IMG/VR virus record: IMGVR_UViG_3300025009_000896
Span: 1 to 64,000 of that record
DNA length: 64,000 nucleotides
DNA from: a virus
Reading direction: 5' to 3' (one strand)
In this document: in pieces, positions 59,449 through 64,000 of the stretch
How the letters are laid out: every line of letters starts with the position of its first letter
Numbering within the stretch: position 1 is the stretch's first letter
Made by a program: the position numbers and the translations under genes
The notes under the pieces: generated by a model
The model's database searches: none
What the model saw: only the letters and a program-made list of their open reading frames with translations
Told to the model about the DNA's origin: nothing

Positions 59449-60621
59449 ATGGGAGATGGTAGTACAGTAGAAAATAGCACCGAATTACAGAATGCAATAG
59501 GTTCTTATAATCTATTGCCGGGTGACAGTATATTGATGAGTGGAGGAACATACAGCGGTAACTACTTGATGCCCAAAAATGGAACATCTGAATTACCTAT
59601 AACAATAAATGCCATTGATGGGGAAAGTCCAATCATAGACGGACGATTACTTTTGAATGGTAATTATGTAATTTGGAGCAAATGCGAATTTAAATATTCA
59701 GGTTGGCTAAAGCGTGAAACATTAATAGCCGGGCCATCCCCTTCGGACATTCCCTTAATGAGAGTTACTATCAATGGTCATGATTCTTATTTGGATGACT
59801 GTATTATTCATGATATGTACGAAGGGCCTGAAGTTTGGACAAATGCGATTAACTCCAAATTAAGAAGGTGTGTAATTTTTAATAATGGATGGCAGGGGCC
59901 TGATCGTGGTCATGGGCATTCTATTTATACTCAAAATGAAACGGGAACAAAGGTCATTGAGGATTGTATTTGGTTTCAATCATTTAGTACTGGGCTCAAA
60001 ATATATACAGCCGGTGGTCATGCACAGGGCTATATAGCGAGGAGGAATATTGGATTTAACTCTGGCATTCTTGCAACAATAGATGACGCTCAGTTTAATG
60101 AATGGGTACAAGACCCTAACCCCGGAACGGGTTACACTTTTGAGGATGAGCATACATATCATAGCGACCCCACATTTGACCCTGTAACAATAGGATTATA
60201 CAATGGAGTTAACGGGGTTATACTGAGAAATTGTTATTATCCTGATGGAATCGCAATACACGAGGACTGTGATATACTGGAAAACAGCGGGGGAACTTAT
60301 ACTAAACCCGAAAGTGGAGTATATGTGTATGTAAATGCCGTGACGGCAACAAAGGCTCACGTGGCTGCTTATAATTGGGACTTAGCGGATAGTGTAGTGG
60401 TGGATTTAAGTGCGGCAATAGGACTGAGTGTTGGCGATACGGTAAAGGTAAAAAATGTGCAGGATTTGTTTGTTGATATTGTCGAGTTGGTATTGGATGC
60501 AGACAAGAAAATAACAGTTGATATGAGGGCAATATCTCATACGGTGGCAGCACCTGTTTTGTGGGATGCTCCGGTAGCGACATTCCCTCAGTTCGGGTGC
60601 TTTATAATTGAATTAGTGTAG
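59449..60621 (+). CDS. Right-handed beta-helix protein, in frame with the upstream ORF across one TGA
   Basis: PGD.I.M.GGTY.G, IFNNGW...RGHGHSIYTQN; the motif TIYVSPDG lies upstream of the annotated ATG. Confidence 0.7.
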   Translation: MGDGSTVENSTELQNAIGSYNLLPGDSILMSGGTYSGNYLMPKNGTSELPITINAIDGESPIIDGRLLLNGNYVIWSKCEFKYSGWLKRETLIAGPSPSDIPLMRVTINGHDSYLDDCIIHDMYEGPEVWTNAINSKLRRCVIFNNGWQGPDRGHGHSIYTQNETGTKVIEDCIWFQSFSTGLKIYTAGGHAQGYIARRNIGFNSGILATIDDAQFNEWVQDPNPGTGYTFEDEHTYHSDPTFDPVTIGLYNGVNGVILRNCYYPDGIAIHEDCDILENSGGTYTKPESGVYVYVNAVTATKAHVAAYNWDLADSVVVDLSAAIGLSVGDTVKVKNVQDLFVDIVELVLDADKKITVDMRAISHTVAAPVLWDAPVATFPQFGCFIIELV

Positions 60622-60648
60622 TCGCTGTCAGTAGTTGATAAAAAAAAT

Positions 60649-61032
60649 ATGAAATATCTCACAATCTTACTGCTGTTTCTAACGCTGACAACTTCGGCGC
60701 AAATCCCTTATGATAAGAAACTTCACGCCGGAGCAGGGGTATTAATGGGTACGTGGGGAACCTTTGCCGGTAACTCTATGCTTTATAAACCCGAAAGGGC
60801 TGCTTTATTTGGGACGACTTCGGTAGCCGTGGCCGGATTAGGTAAGGAGATTTGGGATGAGGTTGAATACAGAGGGTTTGACGTTAAGGACTTAGGGGCC
60901 ACGATGATCGGTGGATTAATCGGAACGGGGCTAAGTTATGCGGGGCTGAAGATATTTTACCATTATAAGCCAAAAGTCTTTATCGCGACCGTAAACAACA
61001 ATGTAACGGTAGGATTTAGGGTCAAGTTTTAG
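60649..61032 (+). CDS. YfiM/DUF2279-like secreted or membrane protein
   Basis: Signal peptide; DK.LH...G; GLGKEIWD; FD.KDL.AT..GG. Confidence 0.6.
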   Translation: MKYLTILLLFLTLTTSAQIPYDKKLHAGAGVLMGTWGTFAGNSMLYKPERAALFGTTSVAVAGLGKEIWDEVEYRGFDVKDLGATMIGGLIGTGLSYAGLKIFYHYKPKVFIATVNNNVTVGFRVKF

Positions 61033-61093
61033 AGCTAAAATACCTATGTTATAGGAATGACTAAATTTGCATATTAAACCAACGAAACAGAAC

Positions 61094-62188
61094 ATGGAAT
61101 TAGATGAAATTTTTGCTAAGTCTCCCGAGGAGTTAGCGGCTAAGAACGGTGAAACCATAGAACCTAAAACCGAAGAAACCCCGGAAGCAGCAGAACAGCC
61201 TGAAAAGGTTATTGAAAAGTCCTCAACGGAGGCACAGGCCACATGGCTTGATGAAGTAAATAAGAGTTTGGGAACGCAGTTCAAGGTTAAGGAAGAAATC
61301 TTAACTCATATAGAGAAGGCCAAGAAGACCGACGAGTATGAGGAGAAGATAAAGACCTTCGGAGACTTTGAGAAGCGGGAACAAGATTATAAGCAGCGTT
61401 TGGAAGACGCTAAGAGTTCTTTGAATCCAATGAAATATTTTTCATCCCCCGATGCTTACAAGGCTGAACAGTTGCGGATGCAGTTTCCTGACAAGAACCC
61501 GATGTTGCTACAAGAGGTGGCTACTTCGGATTTAACTAAGATGGATAACGTGGAGATAATTATCAAGGGAGTCATGCTCGACAATAAAGACGTTAGTTAT
61601 GAGGACGCTCGTAATTATGTGTTAACAGAGTATGGCATTGCAGAGGTAGACCCAAGCGAGTGGTCGGCAGCAGCAAAGACTAAGATAAAGATCAAAGCAG
61701 GCGAGCAACGTAAGGCACTTACAGACCTCAAGGCGCAGATAAAGCTCCCCGAGGTAGAGACTGATGAACAAAAAGCAGCGACGGTAGCAGAACTCAGGAA
61801 GCAGAAAGAGACTGCCATTGAGCCCTATGCCGACACGTTTGCCAAGTTCGAGAAGTTCGTAAGCAAGATAGATGATGAGCGCACGTTTGAGTTTACAGCC
61901 CCTGATGAATATAAGGCTGCTCTCAAGGATATGTTTAAGGGTTATTTCCTTGACGGAGGCAACGAGGTCAATCCAGAGAACCTAAAGACTATTCAAAAGC
62001 TAAGAGATGCCATGCTACTGTATGACAACTTCCCCAAGGTCTACAAAGCCATAGAAGGCGAAGTAGGTCTGAAGTTTAAAGCAGAAGAAGACAAGAGACT
62101 TGGTAATGAGAAGCCTGAAAACAAAACACTGGCCACAGATCAAGGCGCACAGAAACCGGGAGGGATGGAGACGTTTCTTAATCAATAA
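61094..62188 (+). CDS. Putative capsid scaffolding protein
   Basis: Glu/Lys-rich coiled coil immediately before the MCP. Confidence 0.6.
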   Translation: MELDEIFAKSPEELAAKNGETIEPKTEETPEAAEQPEKVIEKSSTEAQATWLDEVNKSLGTQFKVKEEILTHIEKAKKTDEYEEKIKTFGDFEKREQDYKQRLEDAKSSLNPMKYFSSPDAYKAEQLRMQFPDKNPMLLQEVATSDLTKMDNVEIIIKGVMLDNKDVSYEDARNYVLTEYGIAEVDPSEWSAAAKTKIKIKAGEQRKALTDLKAQIKLPEVETDEQKAATVAELRKQKETAIEPYADTFAKFEKFVSKIDDERTFEFTAPDEYKAALKDMFKGYFLDGGNEVNPENLKTIQKLRDAMLLYDNFPKVYKAIEGEVGLKFKAEEDKRLGNEKPENKTLATDQGAQKPGGMETFLNQ

Positions 62189-62218
62189 AAATGTCTAACA
62201 TTCTAATATAAATATAAA

Positions 62219-63649
62219 ATGTCAACTCTTTCAACACAGGCAATTACCAGCAATACTCAGAAATTTGGGTACGATGCTACATGGAGTTCACTGTACGACT
62301 TCGCTCTTAAACCTCAGGTTTGGGGCACACTCATTAAAAAGTACGGCCCGTTAATGGAGATGTTCGAGTTCTTGCAGTTTGCAGGGGCCACTACTACCGT
62401 TAAAAGTCACACACAAGACGTTCAGATAGAAGGTTCTTATGAAAGGAGTATTACTCTTGGTGCTGAGGCTACTGCCGCAGCCGAGGGCGCAACTTTCACT
62501 TTCCAACTCAGTGCCGATGATTATGACACTACTACCTCACGTCCGTATCTTCTTGTAGATGACAAAATACTCATCCCCAAGACCTATGCAACACTTGATG
62601 GCGTAGCTGTTACCTATCCTATATGGTATCAGGTTCAGACAGTAGGTGTTTTTGGCGCAGACTGCACAGCGTTCCCTCTTGACAAAGACTATGGGATGTC
62701 AGCAAACATTCCTATCAGCACTGTCCTGATGGTATCCGGTGGTAACTACTCTCCCGGTTCAGACGGCCCCGGCTCGAAGAACAGCGGATGGTACGAAGAC
62801 ACCTTCTACACAGCCATTAAAAAGTCGGCTTTTGAAATCGAGGGTGGCGTACAGTCAACCGAGAGATACTATGACAACCTCATAGGTGGCGGACAGGGTA
62901 TGTTTAGCAAGGCTTCTATCGAGGCTGACCTCAGGCTGAACTCAGACATCAACGACGAGATTCTGCTTGGTCATGTGCCCGATAACACTAACCTCACAAT
63001 GGCTAACAGCAATAGCGTTAGTTCACTTGTTTACGGTACCAAGGGTATCCTTCCTCATCTTGAAGATGACGGTATGAGCCTCATTTATAACGGAACCTTC
63101 ACTATTCCCGACTTCGATCAGATCAAGACAGCGTTCTTGTCACAGGGTGTTACTGATACCCGTGCCAACTTCTTCTGCGGACCAACACTCCACAGATATG
63201 TTGAGAACTCCGGTCTTGAGTTCCTGAAAGAATACAGCGGTGGAACCGACCTGATGGAGAACTACTCAGAGATGGGTATCGAACTTCCGGCCATCCGTAA
63301 AAATGGTATTCTCACTGTCCTTCACGAACTGAAGAGCTTTGCTAATCCCGTTAAGTACGGTATTTCGTCTTATGACTTCGACACACTTGGCTTCATTCTT
63401 CCCGAGACTAACGTAAACGTTAAGATGGGCGGAGCAGGTGCTAAGATGCAGAACGTTGTTCTTGGCTATAAGAACTACAACGGAGAGAACAGAACAAGAA
63501 TCGTGAAACCCATCCCGGGTGTTAACGGCCATGCCTCTGCTCCTAACGTAGCGGTTAATAGCTATGATGAGTACAAGGTTCAGATGCTCTCAGAGTTCAT
63601 GCTGATGTTCTTCAAAGCAAATCAGGCTATCTTAGTTAAGAAAGCCTAA
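62219..63649 (+). CDS. Major capsid protein
   Basis: 476 aa, after scaffold, followed by a strong terminator; T.GI...L, C-terminal SE.......AN pattern of crAss-like MCPs. Confidence 0.8.
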   Translation: MSTLSTQAITSNTQKFGYDATWSSLYDFALKPQVWGTLIKKYGPLMEMFEFLQFAGATTTVKSHTQDVQIEGSYERSITLGAEATAAAEGATFTFQLSADDYDTTTSRPYLLVDDKILIPKTYATLDGVAVTYPIWYQVQTVGVFGADCTAFPLDKDYGMSANIPISTVLMVSGGNYSPGSDGPGSKNSGWYEDTFYTAIKKSAFEIEGGVQSTERYYDNLIGGGQGMFSKASIEADLRLNSDINDEILLGHVPDNTNLTMANSNSVSSLVYGTKGILPHLEDDGMSLIYNGTFTIPDFDQIKTAFLSQGVTDTRANFFCGPTLHRYVENSGLEFLKEYSGGTDLMENYSEMGIELPAIRKNGILTVLHELKSFANPVKYGISSYDFDTLGFILPETNVNVKMGGAGAKMQNVVLGYKNYNGENRTRIVKPIPGVNGHASAPNVAVNSYDEYKVQMLSEFMLMFFKANQAILVKKA

Positions 63650-63658
63650 GCTAATAAT

Positions 63659-63696
63659 GGGAGGGGATTCTAACCCAATCCTCTCCCTTTTATTTT
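63659..63696 (+). terminator. Intrinsic terminator after MCP
   Basis: GGGAGGGGATT...AATCCTCTCCC followed by Ts. Confidence 0.8.
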
Positions 63697-63717
63697 TAAA
63701 CCAACACAGACAGAAAT

Positions 63718-64000
63718 ATGTTACTTGTAAATCAGAAACCCTTGCCTACAACGGCCAACGTAGACAGGAACCATGAGATGTACGGCTATATAAAAGAGTA
63801 CGAGGATGGTATGAAGAAGCTCAGGACAGAGTTTCCTCTTGGCACAATCAAATTAAACAGAGTAGGTTACCCTAAGAAAAACAAAGGCGTAGCTAAACCT
63901 ATTCCTACCTTCATCTGCCCCCTTGAATGGATGGCAGAAGGTGCAACCGGATCGGCATTGTGGAGTTACTGTAAAGGCACTCCTAAGATTATGCCCAATG
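63718..64000 (+). CDS. Hypothetical protein, 3'-truncated by the window
   Basis: ATG TTA CTT GTA..., open to the window end. Confidence 0.6.
   Translation, partial: MLLVNQKPLPTTANVDRNHEMYGYIKEYEDGMKKLRTEFPLGTIKLNRVGYPKKNKGVAKPIPTFICPLEWMAEGATGSALWSYCKGTPKIMPN

Noticed and set aside
1-64000. Stop-codon reassignment as in some crAss-like phages
   Set aside because: Long genes are intact in code 11, TAG and TGA both end well-defined genes, and there is no CTA or TCA suppressor tRNA. Only one isolated in-frame TGA was seen (59389).
1-64000. Prophage boundaries or integrase
   Set aside because: No integrase, att-like duplication or host housekeeping block seen; the whole window reads as phage.

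Overview
A 64-kb segment of a tailed dsDNA bacteriophage of a Bacteroidetes host. It looks Crassvirales-related from the TerL/portal/scaffold/MCP types, and TAnnTTTG promoters occur throughout. The genetic code is standard. Left to right: (1) tail fibre, signal-peptide-bearing beta-helix proteins, a stand-alone T9SS C-terminal domain and a lysis cassette (1-8.9 kb); (2) a leftward block of recombination genes and many tiny early genes (8.8-21 kb); (3) a non-coding divergence point or possible genome end (~21.0-21.35 kb); (4) mixed accessory genes, including two GroES-like proteins, SSB, a phosphoesterase and an orphan HipB-like HTH; (5) a glycosyltransferase / radical SAM / methyltransferase / UDP-GlcNAc epimerase cluster (36-44.6 kb); (6) DnaB, a DNA methyltransferase and homing endonucleases; (7) TerL, 21 tRNA genes, portal, scaffold and major capsid protein. 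The standout feature is that the tRNAs form three operons, each headed by promoter + short leader ORF + antiterminator/terminator. Each leader peptide is built largely from the codons read by the tRNAs downstream, and the three leaders together cover all 20 amino acids. This suggests ribosome-stalling attenuators that switch on phage tRNA synthesis when the matching host tRNAs are depleted or cleaved. All calls are by eye from sequence and motifs; no searches or folding programs were run.
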